Shown here piece after piece: positions 50,497-60,644 of a stretch of DNA of 64,000 nucleotides; positions within the stretch are counted from its first letter, which is position 1; the number at the start of each line of letters is the position of its first letter. Made by a program: the position numbers and the translations under genes. The stretch lies in assembly GCA_965221955.1 (NCBI GenBank), contig CBDCTA010000004.1, positions 85,452 through 149,451 on the forward strand, written 5' to 3'. Source of the DNA: Gammaproteobacteria bacterium (lineage in GTDB: Bacteria; Pseudomonadota; Gammaproteobacteria; UBA4575). The notes beneath the pieces are model-generated. The model was not told the DNA's origin. It searched no databases and was given only the letters and a program-made list of their open reading frames with translations.

Positions 50497-52692
50497 TTAG
50501 TTAATTGTTACTGCACTACTTGCTAAGCCAGCAGCACAAACCGCTTGCAGAACCTGGCGACCTTGTGCGTCATTGCAACCATTTGCGCAATTATTCGCAT
50601 CCATTACACCCACTAATGCAGCGATGGATGCTGTACGATCTGGTTGGTTTACCAAATTCACACCAGCAGTTTTATCAATTACGATGCCTGCAATAGCATC
50701 TTTTGCTGCTGCATTGTCTACACGACATTCACCTATGTTGAAGAAGTTTCTGCAGCGTGAATTACTGTTAATAATCTCACCACAGTATGTTGTCGCTAAA
50801 CGTTGAATCGCAATTTGTTGCGCACCACCAAAACCTAGCGCATCTGCAGTTGGTGGTAATTGATCTCGAATGTCGTTGTAACGGTTTCTCACATCACTGT
50901 CACCTTGACTAATTCCAGTGATTGCAGCCATCGTGTCATGTACTTGTGAGAATGTACGTACACCCACTTCTGGTTCCGCTACATCTGCAGGGAATACAGG
51001 AGGGTTAGGCGCCGCAATAGATTCAGTAGAACCGGTTTGCCCACCTAAGATTTCAAACTCAAGATGGAACTGATCAAGTGCCATTCCATTTACAGAAGGA
51101 ATCACTGCACCTAGAGGCGAAATCTCTTGTCCAGATTGGTTCACAGTCATGTTCACACGACGGAATACTTGCATCGCTACAGGAACACTATTGTTCACCG
51201 CAATCCGCATGTTCTTCACTTGAACGCCTGCTGCATCGGATACCAGCTTAGGGCGTGCAAAGACATATGCAAATGGATCTAATTCATACGCTTGCATTTC
51301 TATGTAACCAGGCATACCTAGAACATTTGCCACATCAAAGCGTAGAGCGGTTACAGCACCTTCACCAGCTTCAAAGTTTTGCGCAACTTGCGCACCATTT
51401 AAAGCAACATTGTGAATAGCAACCATCTTGAAGACACCTCTCCACAAGCGATTGTTTGTTGCTTCATTACCTAAAACAAATAAATTGTCATCTTGCCAAT
51501 TCAGCATATCTGCTGCAATCGCTTCTTCGGCAACAAGTTGGCCATTTACATAAATCTTACGTCCACCAGCCATATTGTCATAAGTCATAACGACATGTGT
51601 AAGCTCTGTATTTAGAACTTCGTCATCGGTACGTAACTCAGGGTTATTACCATTTGCTCCATTCTCCAAAGTTTGTACTCGAGAAATATATCGAGTATTT
51701 GTTTGTCCAAGTGTGAAATTACGTCTACCCGTATCAATTGAATAAGAAACAATACGTGCCGGACCTGTTTGTGCTGTATTTTCGGGGATTACCCAAGCCT
51801 CAACACTGAACTGATTACCACCAGATAGTAAATTAAATAATTTTTGACTATCTGCTAGTGAAGCTTGTGCTTTACCATCCACATTTCTAAGACCACCTTC
51901 AGCTACCCATTCAGTACCTTGCAGATTTAATGTCATGTCTGCACCTACGTTACTCGTACCTACAACAGTATTTCCAGTACCTTCAGAAAAACTAAACAAC
52001 GTAATTTGATTTGCATCTGCACGTGGAACGCTGCCTTGTACAAGTTGCGAAAAGTTTGTTGTTGCACTAGCAACAACATTGCCATTGTTATTATTATTCG
52101 CACCTGCATTCACTTGATTCGCATAATCAGTAATAGCTACTAAAAATGCATCTGCAATCATTTGACAATTTGCAACATTTCCACAGTTATGGCCAGCAGT
52201 ATTATTGTCAGGGGGAAGTGGACGCATATACAAACGAGATTGACTAGGATTGTTCGTATCAACCATTCCGGTGCCTACTACTACGTTATACGAAGCAGTA
52301 GCATCTGTTAACGCGAAATCCGGAGCCGTAGCAAAAGCCGGGTTATTGTGACAGACAGTACAGCCATATGCTGGATTGGTAATTTCTGGATGTATTGTGG
52401 CAGCAAAGATGGCTTGCTCATTCGGAGCATTATTGTTACCGCCATTATTATTTCCTGGATCAACTGGGTCCATATCTTCATTACTATTAGTATTACCATC
52501 ATTACCAGTATTACCATCATTACCACTTGGTCCTTGAGCTGTGGGTTCAGAATCGGAACCGCCCCCGCCTCCACCGCCACATGCGGTGAGCACGATTGCA
52601 AGCAAAATTAAGCTAATCCAATGCAACGCATGTGTACTTAAGCTTGGCGCTTCATTGCTGCTACGTTCAAATAAATAATTATTCTGACTCAT
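50497..52692 (-). CDS. lipoprotein with heme-c motif and LamG/concanavalin-like domain
   Basis: Lipobox LTAC + G7, CTVCH, FSVEAWV, ARIVSYS, HVVMTYD, IYVNG; RBS AGGAGA before 52692. Confidence 0.8.
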   Translation of the reverse strand: MSQNNYLFERSSNEAPSLSTHALHWISLILLAIVLTACGGGGGGGSDSEPTAQGPSGNDGNTGNDGNTNSNEDMDPVDPGNNNGGNNNAPNEQAIFAATIHPEITNPAYGCTVCHNNPAFATAPDFALTDATASYNVVVGTGMVDTNNPSQSRLYMRPLPPDNNTAGHNCGNVANCQMIADAFLVAITDYANQVNAGANNNNNGNVVASATTNFSQLVQGSVPRADANQITLFSFSEGTGNTVVGTSNVGADMTLNLQGTEWVAEGGLRNVDGKAQASLADSQKLFNLLSGGNQFSVEAWVIPENTAQTGPARIVSYSIDTGRRNFTLGQTNTRYISRVQTLENGANGNNPELRTDDEVLNTELTHVVMTYDNMAGGRKIYVNGQLVAEEAIAADMLNWQDDNLFVLGNEATNNRLWRGVFKMVAIHNVALNGAQVAQNFEAGEGAVTALRFDVANVLGMPGYIEMQAYELDPFAYVFARPKLVSDAAGVQVKNMRIAVNNSVPVAMQVFRRVNMTVNQSGQEISPLGAVIPSVNGMALDQFHLEFEILGGQTGSTESIAAPNPPVFPADVAEPEVGVRTFSQVHDTMAAITGISQGDSDVRNRYNDIRDQLPPTADALGFGGAQQIAIQRLATTYCGEIINSNSRCRNFFNIGECRVDNAAAKDAIAGIVIDKTAGVNLVNQPDRTASIAALVGVMDANNCANGCNDAQGRQVLQAVCAAGLASSAVTIN

Positions 52693-52736
52693 AACATTTC
52701 TCCTAAATGGAATACCTTGTTTGTTACGTAACATGA

Positions 52737-53927
52737 TTACTGTCCCATGCAATGAACAGCCGTCTCAGCAAAAACTTGTCTTATGCTGTAGCTGCTTTGT
52801 TCAAAACTATTAGCAATGTTTGTCACTGCTATTTCATCAGCAGGTCCGTTTGGACTCCGGTGACAAACTTTTTCGAAAACTTTCTTAACTTGGCACTCAG
52901 AAAACTGACGTGTCGATGCAATTTCTACACCCAAACTTTTTGCACCGTTTCCAACGCCACCATTCGGACCGTTCCAACCAACCCATGAATTCAATCCTGA
53001 ACGCCAGTAATTAACCCATGAGTCCGAAGTAGTCTCGTATCCAGTGCGAAAAACACCTGCGTCTTGTAAATATTTCGGTTGCACTTGTCCTGCTGTATAA
53101 ACAAGTTGCTCACCTTCATCTTCAACAATTTCTGCAAAGTCGTAATACGCAAATGCACCTGCTAATCCATCCATTCCTGCATGACAAGTAAGACAATCAT
53201 TCATGAAAATATTGCTATCTCCACCTGGTGAACGATCTACATCTTGACGAACACGATTTGGATATGCGGTTCTGTCACGGAAATTTTCCATATCCATGCA
53301 CATAAAATTTAAAGTGGTAAAACGTAAAGCTGCTCGATTGGTACCTGCAGAAAAATAAGCCTCTGAAAAACCACGTGTAGTAATCACACCTGCAGTCTGG
53401 CCAGTACCTAACTGGTTGTTTAAAGCAGATTGAGTGGAAGAAACTAAAACAGTTGGATCACTGAAATCTCTACGGCGATTTTGTAAATCTACATAGTGAT
53501 CATTGTTAGTTACAGAATAGGGTTCATTTGTCGCACCAGCTGAGCCAATATAAACAATGTCAGCTGATAAAATTTCATTAAATGGACGATTATCTCGTAC
53601 AAAACCCATTACAGTAGCAGTCGAATCATTTAAATCCCGATAAACAGATTGATCCTCGTTAAACCAAGGCGTTGCCCAATCTTTAATTGTAGTGTTAATA
53701 AAAGATGGGTGATTTGTAGCCATCAATGCAGCTTGAACAGGCTGATTAGGAATCAAAGCGGCCATTTCTGACAATACAGTTTCTGTAGGTGGCACACCGG
53801 CTATACGATCATGCATCCTTTTTGCTTGCTCACGTGGTCCAGCAAAGGATACAGAAGCGCTAACAATTCCGAATGTAAAGATAAACGCACTACATACGTT
53901 AATTAATTTATTTCTACTTAAATGCAT
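52737..53927 (-). CDS. exported protein with a heme-c CxxCH motif
   Basis: Signal peptide ending SFA, CLTCHAGMD, CQVKKVFEKVCHR; RBS GAGAGG before 53927. Confidence 0.7.
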   Translation of the reverse strand: MHLSRNKLINVCSAFIFTFGIVSASVSFAGPREQAKRMHDRIAGVPPTETVLSEMAALIPNQPVQAALMATNHPSFINTTIKDWATPWFNEDQSVYRDLNDSTATVMGFVRDNRPFNEILSADIVYIGSAGATNEPYSVTNNDHYVDLQNRRRDFSDPTVLVSSTQSALNNQLGTGQTAGVITTRGFSEAYFSAGTNRAALRFTTLNFMCMDMENFRDRTAYPNRVRQDVDRSPGGDSNIFMNDCLTCHAGMDGLAGAFAYYDFAEIVEDEGEQLVYTAGQVQPKYLQDAGVFRTGYETTSDSWVNYWRSGLNSWVGWNGPNGGVGNGAKSLGVEIASTRQFSECQVKKVFEKVCHRSPNGPADEIAVTNIANSFEQSSYSIRQVFAETAVHCMGQ

Positions 53928-54468
53928 TTTCGCACCTCTCGTATTTAAAACATTCATATCGATTTACTTTATCTCGCTTTAAGTTAAGCGAAAGCTTATC
54001 GACAGCCACTTCCTGGACTGCTTTTATGGAATGAGAAAGAACGAAACGTTTTGGTAGGTAACTATCAATACAAAAGAAAATACTTCTGTATTAACAAACT
54101 ACTATTATTCGATAGTTACGGGACTGCTCTTAATAAATGACATTCACCTTCCTAGTGAAGACCATATGTGCAGCTAACCGCTTCATTGTTCCAAACTCCA
54201 GGTACGAATTCTGAAGGTAAACAATTACAATTAACTTGGGAGAACGACGAGAGGGTATTTTTTACCTATGAATGGTAAAAACAGAATTTACTTAATTAAT
54301 TTAACATAAAATCAGTGAATTATAGTTTCTCAAATAACCCTCTATTACCAGGATAATTTAGAATTTGTCTATGCAGAAAATATAACTCATTGATGCGGTA
54401 TAGAATTAGCTATGCATGGATATTTTAGACTTCACATATACGAGGTTTATTTAGAATAATTAAATTCT

Positions 54469-54495
54469 GGAGTGCATCACACTTTGATGCACTCC
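54469..54495 (-). terminator. hairpin, probable terminator after nfeD
   Basis: Perfect 11-bp stem ggagtgcatca/tgatgcactcc. Confidence 0.65.
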
Positions 54496-54502
54496 TAAAA
54501 CG

Positions 54503-54949
54503 TCATACATGCTCAACATTAAGTACCGTACCAGAAAGCGAGGTCACTTTTACTTTTTGCCCTACCTCACAATCTTCTCCAGAAATTTTCCACATGGTGT
54601 CATCTACACGAATTTTCCCATAATTATTCACAATGGCTTCATCTAATGTGAAGGTTCGGCCAATTAACTCTTCACCTCGCTTGTTTAATGTTGGATAAAC
54701 GTCAGCTTCCGGCACCTTCAATCGATATTGGCGCCAGCCAATAATCGATAACATAGCTAGAGCGCCAAAAACAGCAATTTGCCATTGCCAACTTAGGTCG
54801 GGTAACAACAATAGTAAAAAACCCATTATTGCAGCAGATGCACTGAACCAGATGAAAATAGCACCCGGTGCAAAAATTTCCAAGGTTAGACAAACGATTG
54901 CTAATACCCACCAATGCCAATATTGCAAATCAGTTAATAACTCACTCAT
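54503..54949 (-). CDS. NfeD-family (YbbJ-like) membrane protein
   Basis: LEIFAPG, LNKRG..LIG, G..RVDDTMW; partner of the SPFH gene. Confidence 0.9.
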   Translation of the reverse strand: MSELLTDLQYWHWWVLAIVCLTLEIFAPGAIFIWFSASAAIMGFLLLLLPDLSWQWQIAVFGALAMLSIIGWRQYRLKVPEADVYPTLNKRGEELIGRTFTLDEAIVNNYGKIRVDDTMWKISGEDCEVGQKVKVTSLSGTVLNVEHV

Positions 54950-54988
54950 GACGTTTCCTTATTCAAGTATATTCATTAAATAGATAAA

Positions 54989-55906
54989 TTATGTCTCGTC
55001 TTTTGCTAAAGCTGTTTTAGCTATTTCAGCAATTCCACCAACAGAGCCTATTAAACTTGTAGCTTCAACAGGTAGCATGATGACTTTCTGGTTATTTGCA
55101 GAGCCAATTGTACTCAACGCATCTACGTATTTTGTAGCCACAAAGTAGTTCACTGCTTGTATATCTCCCGAAGCTATAGCTTGCGAAACCATTTCTGTAG
55201 CATTTGCTTCCGCTTTTGCAAGCGCTTCTCTTGCTGCTGCATCACGTTTAGCCGCTTCCAAGCGTCCATCCGCATCAAGAATTGCAGCTTGTTTCTCACC
55301 TTCAGCACGAAGTATTTCTGATTGTTTTACACCTTCAGAAGTTAAAATCTCTGCACGCTTATCACGTTCCGCCTTCATCTGTCTGGCCATGGCATCGACT
55401 AAATCTTGTGGTGGTGCAATATCTTTAATTTCAATGCGTGTTACTTTCACTCCCCATGGCGATGTCGCTTCATCCACAACTTGTAATAGTTCCGCATTAA
55501 TCTTGTCACGCTTGGACAAGGATTCATCTAAATCCATTGAACCTAATACAGTACGTATATTGGTCATCGTTAAATTTAAAGTTGCACGCTGCAAATTGTT
55601 TACATTGTAGGAGGACTTTACAGGGTCCAGAACTTGATAAAACACCACACCATCTACACGAACAACTGCGTTATCACGTGTAATGACTTCTTGCGAAGGA
55701 ACATCTAAAACTCTTTCCTTCATATTTACTTTATTACTTACAACATCAACATAAGGAATAATAAAACGTAAACCGGGCTGTAAGGTTTTTCTATATTTAC
55801 CAAAACGTTCAACGGTCCATTCAAAACCTTGTGGAACACGCTTAACCGCCATGATGACGGTAAGAACTGCCAATATTAGAAAAGCAATAGGTAAAATCTC
55901 TAGCAT
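54989..55906 (-). CDS. qmcA: SPFH/stomatin-family protein (QmcA-like)
   Basis: VERFGKY, QEVITRDN, WGVKVTRIEIKDI, QMKAER; RBS GGAGG before 55906. Confidence 0.9.
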   Translation of the reverse strand: MLEILPIAFLILAVLTVIMAVKRVPQGFEWTVERFGKYRKTLQPGLRFIIPYVDVVSNKVNMKERVLDVPSQEVITRDNAVVRVDGVVFYQVLDPVKSSYNVNNLQRATLNLTMTNIRTVLGSMDLDESLSKRDKINAELLQVVDEATSPWGVKVTRIEIKDIAPPQDLVDAMARQMKAERDKRAEILTSEGVKQSEILRAEGEKQAAILDADGRLEAAKRDAAAREALAKAEANATEMVSQAIASGDIQAVNYFVATKYVDALSTIGSANNQKVIMLPVEATSLIGSVGGIAEIAKTALAKDET

Positions 55907-56048
55907 AAGTCCCTCCTCAGTTAAATCTGCTGCCTGTAAAGATATCGTTTTATATGTAACCATATATTCACATATTTTTACAATTTTTTCAAGGTATCTA
56001 GAAGTATTTAATTACTAATGTTAATATATATTTACTTCAGTAACTTAT

Positions 56049-56342
56049 ATGTTATATATGGAATCAGCTGCTAAAATTCAGCCTAATTATGTAAATGACC
56101 CTAAGTGGGCCACGGGTGTAACCAGGCTGATAAAAGCACAAATGGCTGCGAGTGGGATTACCTATGCAGATCTAAGTAATAAGCTCAAAGAATTAGGCAC
56201 TATTCAATCACCAGAAAACCTGAGAGTAAAAATCAATCGAGGTAACTTTGGTGCACAATTATTTGTACAACTATTAATTGCGATGGGTGTTACTGAAATT
56301 AATCTCAAAGAATTTGTAGCAATCGTTAACCGTGTTAACTAG
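56049..56342 (+). CDS. DUF6471-like small HTH protein
   Basis: KAQM...GITYADL..KL...G......NL..KINRG.F.A pattern. Confidence 0.65.
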   Translation: MLYMESAAKIQPNYVNDPKWATGVTRLIKAQMAASGITYADLSNKLKELGTIQSPENLRVKINRGNFGAQLFVQLLIAMGVTEINLKEFVAIVNRVN

Positions 56343-56516
56343 AAACTTAACTTATTTGCTTAAAAATCTGAAACAGCTCTCATAACGAACAATTCCTCCT
56401 ATCTTTAGTTAGGGGAATTTTACAGCTCACCTTCCAAATAATACCTTTTATCCCCTTCTAAGCTCTCTATATGTAAAGCGAGCAAATAATGTTTACCTCA
56501 TTTTCAAAGCTGGTAA

Positions 56517-57161
56517 GTGATGCTCAAAGAAACGTGTTTATTTAAATATATTTCATTACTACTTGTACTGTGTTTCGTACCAGTATTAGTTGCTGCTGAA
56601 GAAATCACTCCCTATCTGATCATCGAGCAAACTTCTACAGATGTTCTCTCCGCATTAAAAGATGACGCAGAAGAAATTCAAAGGAATCCAAATAGAATTA
56701 ACGATTTAGTAGATAAAATTATTTTGCCTATTTGTGACGTAGAAAGAATGGGTAAATACATTCTTGCCAAACATTGGAAAACAGCTAACGATCAACAAAG
56801 AACAGCATTTGTTGATGAATTTAAACAGATGTTAATCCGTAATTACGGAAAACATCTTGCTGAATATTCAAATGCAGAAGTCACTGTAATGCCTGAAAAA
56901 GCTAATCAAGAAAAGCTTTACCAAACAGTAAATACTAAACTAGACCCACGCAATGGTATAAAGTCTTTACAAATCAGCTATGTATTTAGAGTGGAAGGTC
57001 ATTCTTCTAAAGTAGTGGATGTTCGTGTCGATGGCATGAGCATACTAAGAACTTTTCGCACAGCTTTTACAAAAGAAATTGCTGAAACTTCTTTAGATGA
57101 ATTAATTGAAAGGATGACTCTTGCAAATGAGCCGTCACTAGCTATGAATACTTCTTATTAA
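56517..57161 (+). CDS. mlaC: MlaC/Ttg2D-family phospholipid-binding protein
   Basis: LAKHWKTA..QR..F..EF, VVDVRVDGMS...FR..F. Confidence 0.8.
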   Translation: MMLKETCLFKYISLLLVLCFVPVLVAAEEITPYLIIEQTSTDVLSALKDDAEEIQRNPNRINDLVDKIILPICDVERMGKYILAKHWKTANDQQRTAFVDEFKQMLIRNYGKHLAEYSNAEVTVMPEKANQEKLYQTVNTKLDPRNGIKSLQISYVFRVEGHSSKVVDVRVDGMSILRTFRTAFTKEIAETSLDELIERMTLANEPSLAMNTSY

Positions 57162-57177
57162 ACAAGTACTGAGTCTT

Positions 57178-57657
57178 CTATTTAACATACTTTTCGCCAG
57201 CCACAATAGCATTATTTTCAGAATCTTCTATCCACCAATGGGTGAAAGGCACACAACGAACTAAGTAAGTTCTTTGTATTTGAGCTTCAAATTTAAGCGT
57301 CTTCGCTTTACCTATGAGATCTTTTGAGTTGAAGCTACCTTTAGTTTCATCACAATGAACTTTAATTTCATGAATTCCGACACTCACTTCGTACAAACCG
57401 CTTTCTGATTCCGTAGCGGCTTTACCATCTATTTCAGTTATAGCAGCGCTACGTACATATTCACCTGTAACAAAAACACCATCACGTATGAACGCGATCT
57501 CATCTGCTGGCATTTGTTCTATAGAATGCCAACGTAGTGCTCCACATGAGCATAGTAATACTATTAATAATAAACCAATCATACACTTATATGTACGATA
57601 GACTTTCGCATAGCAAATTAGGTGCTTATTGGTAATAAAAACTAGAATCGACGGCAT
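57178..57657 (-). CDS. hypothetical lipoprotein
   Basis: Lipobox-like LLCSC; start codon uncertain. Confidence 0.55.
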   Translation of the reverse strand: MPSILVFITNKHLICYAKVYRTYKCMIGLLLIVLLCSCGALRWHSIEQMPADEIAFIRDGVFVTGEYVRSAAITEIDGKAATESESGLYEVSVGIHEIKVHCDETKGSFNSKDLIGKAKTLKFEAQIQRTYLVRCVPFTHWWIEDSENNAIVAGEKYVK

Positions 57658-57718
57658 ATCAAGAGCTGTAAAGGTTAACTAGAATACGGTCTTTAAGTAA
57701 TATATTTTAGGAACATGT

Positions 57719-57985
57719 ATGTCATCTGCATTTGCGGTTTTAGATTCAAATCATCTTCCAAATAGCCTGATATTAGAACTCGAGCCAATATTTGTAGCAT
57801 ATTACAAGAACCAAAATGGCAAGTCCCCTACTCTATCTGAATTAAAACAATATCTTGTAACTCAAGCGACTGAGAACTTAGTCGACATGCTAAAAAACTC
57901 AGATTCCTCAATTCTAAAATCTATGTCAGCTAGAGATTTATTGGCAACCATTAATATATACATTCGAAAGCTTCGTGTTTGGTAA
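57719..57985 (+). CDS. hypothetical protein
   Basis: 88-aa ORF with AGGA RBS. Confidence 0.5.
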   Translation: MSSAFAVLDSNHLPNSLILELEPIFVAYYKNQNGKSPTLSELKQYLVTQATENLVDMLKNSDSSILKSMSARDLLATINIYIRKLRVW

Positions 57986-58036
57986 AAAATAACGTTTCAT
58001 CTATATTGAGAGCAGGTAATATTAGCCACTCTCAGT

Positions 58037-58447
58037 ATGTTAGAACTATTACAAAATTATAAGAATGAGTTCGTCGTTCTTGCATGGATCTCAGTTTCCT
58101 TATTAATTATCAGTATAGCGGTAATCCCCTGGATCGTTATCAAAATTCCCGAAGATTATTTTCATGAGCGCTATCGTGTTCGTATAAGCAAACAAAGTGG
58201 ACATCCGTTGATAGCTCAATTACTTACTGGAATTAAAAATCTAATCGGCTTCATATTTGTAATACTAGGAATAATGATGCTAGTACTCCCTGGTCAAGGA
58301 ATACTCACCATCCTAATGGGCCTATTTTTTATGAACTTTCCTGGCAAATACCGTCTAGAAAAGAAGATTGTATCCACCCCAAATGTGCTGAAATCACTTA
58401 ATTGGATACGTTCTAAGGCAAACAAGCCTCAACTAGTGATAGAATAA
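58037..58447 (+). CDS. PGPGW-family membrane protein
   Basis: GIMMLVLPGQGILTILMGL, FPGKYRLE. Confidence 0.75.
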   Translation: MLELLQNYKNEFVVLAWISVSLLIISIAVIPWIVIKIPEDYFHERYRVRISKQSGHPLIAQLLTGIKNLIGFIFVILGIMMLVLPGQGILTILMGLFFMNFPGKYRLEKKIVSTPNVLKSLNWIRSKANKPQLVIE

Positions 58448-58476
58448 AACTCAAATTCATCTGTATCTGAGCCAAT

Positions 58477-58899
58477 ATGGAAAACTCGCAACTACAACCT
58501 CATGTTAATCCATTGCAAAGCGGACTTACATTTATCGCTGGAATAATTTGCACAGGTACAGCAGCAATTGGAGTATTTTGGTTAAGTAGAATTATCCCTG
58601 GCATTTATTTCACTCTGAAGCAAAATGGCTTTTCCTTCATGTCTAATACCATTATTTTCCATCTTCTTTGGGTAATATTTTTTGTAAGTTTATTAATCAC
58701 AGGCATCAAGTTACTAATTTCTGCATTAAATAAACGCACTAAGGATCTAGTCCCAGGTATGACTTTATACTTTCTTGGTGCCTCTTTAGTTATTATTGGG
58801 TTATTCTATTTAGTATTTGAGCAATACGCCTATGCCTTGATATCAATTATGGCAGGTGCTTTATGCATTTATATTGAGGGTGCTACTGAAATTGCCTAG
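58477..58899 (+). CDS. hypothetical membrane protein
   Basis: About four hydrophobic segments. Confidence 0.6.
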   Translation: MENSQLQPHVNPLQSGLTFIAGIICTGTAAIGVFWLSRIIPGIYFTLKQNGFSFMSNTIIFHLLWVIFFVSLLITGIKLLISALNKRTKDLVPGMTLYFLGASLVIIGLFYLVFEQYAYALISIMAGALCIYIEGATEIA

Positions 58900-59134
58900 T
58901 AGCCTCTAGTGCTAATAACCCTAGAGTTTAAATATTCAAGAAGAAATCCAGAACTAACTGACAGTCTAGAAAGCATAAAAATTCCCCAATCAGGCTGCTT
59001 TTCATCCCCAAAATTCACATCCTTTATCGGTAAGGACAATACTCTATTTGGCTTTTGTGTCCCAATAGCGTATAGAAAAATTCTCTACAAATTATTGTTT
59101 TAGCCACTTAACTTATGTCGGGGAGCATACGGAC

Positions 59135-59749
59135 ATGCAAAATAATGCTTTGACTAAAAAAATTCTAATTTCAGCACTGCTCTCACTGAGCCTAGTATGC
59201 AATGTCGTGATTGCTCAAGACCTTACTAATATCGAATCAGAAAATATCAAAATCGCTAAATCTGAAGAAGTGTACTCCGTACCAGATGACCACGGTAAAG
59301 GACATAAGGGTAAATTTTATTCTGAAGGGAATGAATCTATTCTTGAAGATGGTCGCTTGTACATTCAGTTAAATATTGCTTCATACCACCCAAGCGAAGA
59401 TAAAGATGAGGACTTTAATGAATTTAATCCTGGAATAGGTTTGGAATATCATATGGACGGCTATTTTTTAGCGGGTGGCTTTTTTGAAAATAGTATTGAT
59501 AAGTTCAGCACCTATTGGGGAGTTGGGCATGAACGCACTATCGGTGCGGATTGGTTTGGTCTAGGAATCCTTGGTGGAGTAGTTACAGGGTATGATAGTG
59601 GATTTTCTCCACGATTAGCAGCAGTGCCATATGTTCTACTAAAAAGTGGTCGCACTTCTTTGAAAGCCTACTATGTTCCAGCAGTAGGCGATGTTGATTC
59701 AGATGCTATTGGCTTTGCACTTCGTTTTGATATGGGCGGCTGGTTTTAA
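59135..59749 (+). CDS. small outer-membrane beta-barrel (PagP-like)
   Basis: Signal peptide, SYH...NEFNPGIGLEY, F.NS, GVVTGY, terminal Phe. Confidence 0.65.
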   Translation: MQNNALTKKILISALLSLSLVCNVVIAQDLTNIESENIKIAKSEEVYSVPDDHGKGHKGKFYSEGNESILEDGRLYIQLNIASYHPSEDKDEDFNEFNPGIGLEYHMDGYFLAGGFFENSIDKFSTYWGVGHERTIGADWFGLGILGGVVTGYDSGFSPRLAAVPYVLLKSGRTSLKAYYVPAVGDVDSDAIGFALRFDMGGWF

Positions 59750-59873
59750 AAAACTAAAACACCTTTCTCTTTAATATACGACCACCTTAAGAACCGTATA
59801 GTTTCGCTGCACATCTCTTTTAACACATCACCGTAATAGTTATACTTATCTTTCAAAGTTGAGAGATAAGTAG

Positions 59874-60290
59874 ATGAGCTTTAGTGACTTTATTCTCGCG
59901 ATTTTAGTGCTTATAGGCGTTGCCTGCATTTTGTGGGTTTATGATATTAATCCTTACAGCACAAAACTCTATGTTTATACCCAAACATGTGACAACATGA
60001 TTTTGGACAATACATACTGCAAGGGCAATTGGATCGACGACCCTACTTCAATTTTTCTTGTTAATAAAGAAAATAACACCGTTACACATACATATAAAAA
60101 TCAATCAAATATTAAAATGTATTCAGATTGCTCAATTACGGATCGAAAAAACTGGGTATGCACGGATGATGTAACAGAGAGTGAAATAACCGTTAAAGAT
60201 GGTGAACTTATTTTTGATGAAGCAGGTGATCTTAGACAAATCACGCGTTTCGAATGGCTGCAAAATAAAATCCTGGAAAAAATAACATAA
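59874..60290 (+). CDS. hypothetical membrane-anchored protein with four Cys
   Basis: N-terminal TM; C.I.DRKNW.C. Confidence 0.6.
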   Translation: MSFSDFILAILVLIGVACILWVYDINPYSTKLYVYTQTCDNMILDNTYCKGNWIDDPTSIFLVNKENNTVTHTYKNQSNIKMYSDCSITDRKNWVCTDDVTESEITVKDGELIFDEAGDLRQITRFEWLQNKILEKIT

Positions 60291-60632
60291 ATGAGTGACA
60301 CGATCTTCGATAAGATTATCAACAGGGAAATACCCGCGGATATCATCTATGAAGATGATCAATGCTTAGCTTTCAAAGATGTAAACCCTCAAGCACCTAT
60401 TCATATTTTAATTATTCCCAAAAAACCTATCGCTAGAGTTGCTGACGCAAATATTGAAGACCAAAATATATTAGGTCATTTATTATTAAAGGCGGGAGAA
60501 ATTGCCGAAGATTTAGGTGTTAAAGATGCTTTCAGACTTGTGATCAACAATGGTGAAGATGTAGGCCAAACTGTATTTCACTTACATATCCATTTACTAG
60601 CTGGCAGAAGCTTTATTTGGCCACCAGGTTAA
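60291..60632 (+). CDS. hinT: histidine triad nucleotide-binding protein
   Basis: TIFDKII, PQAP.H, QTVFHLHIH, WPPG. Confidence 0.93.
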   Translation: MSDTIFDKIINREIPADIIYEDDQCLAFKDVNPQAPIHILIIPKKPIARVADANIEDQNILGHLLLKAGEIAEDLGVKDAFRLVINNGEDVGQTVFHLHIHLLAGRSFIWPPG

Positions 60633-60644
60633 CAAGCAACATAC

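Noticed and set aside
52405-52580. Asn/Gly-rich short repeats (ttaccatcattaccag)
   Set aside because: They encode the low-complexity linker after the lipobox and are not a separate DNA element.
54150-54205. Minus-strand GGAACAATGAAG resembling the start of a c-di-GMP-II riboswitch
   Set aside because: The downstream conserved elements (GGGCAC...GUGCAACC pseudoknot) are not recognisable.
58909-59103. 64-aa ORF
   Set aside because: GTG start, no RBS or motif; probably the promoter region of the next gene.
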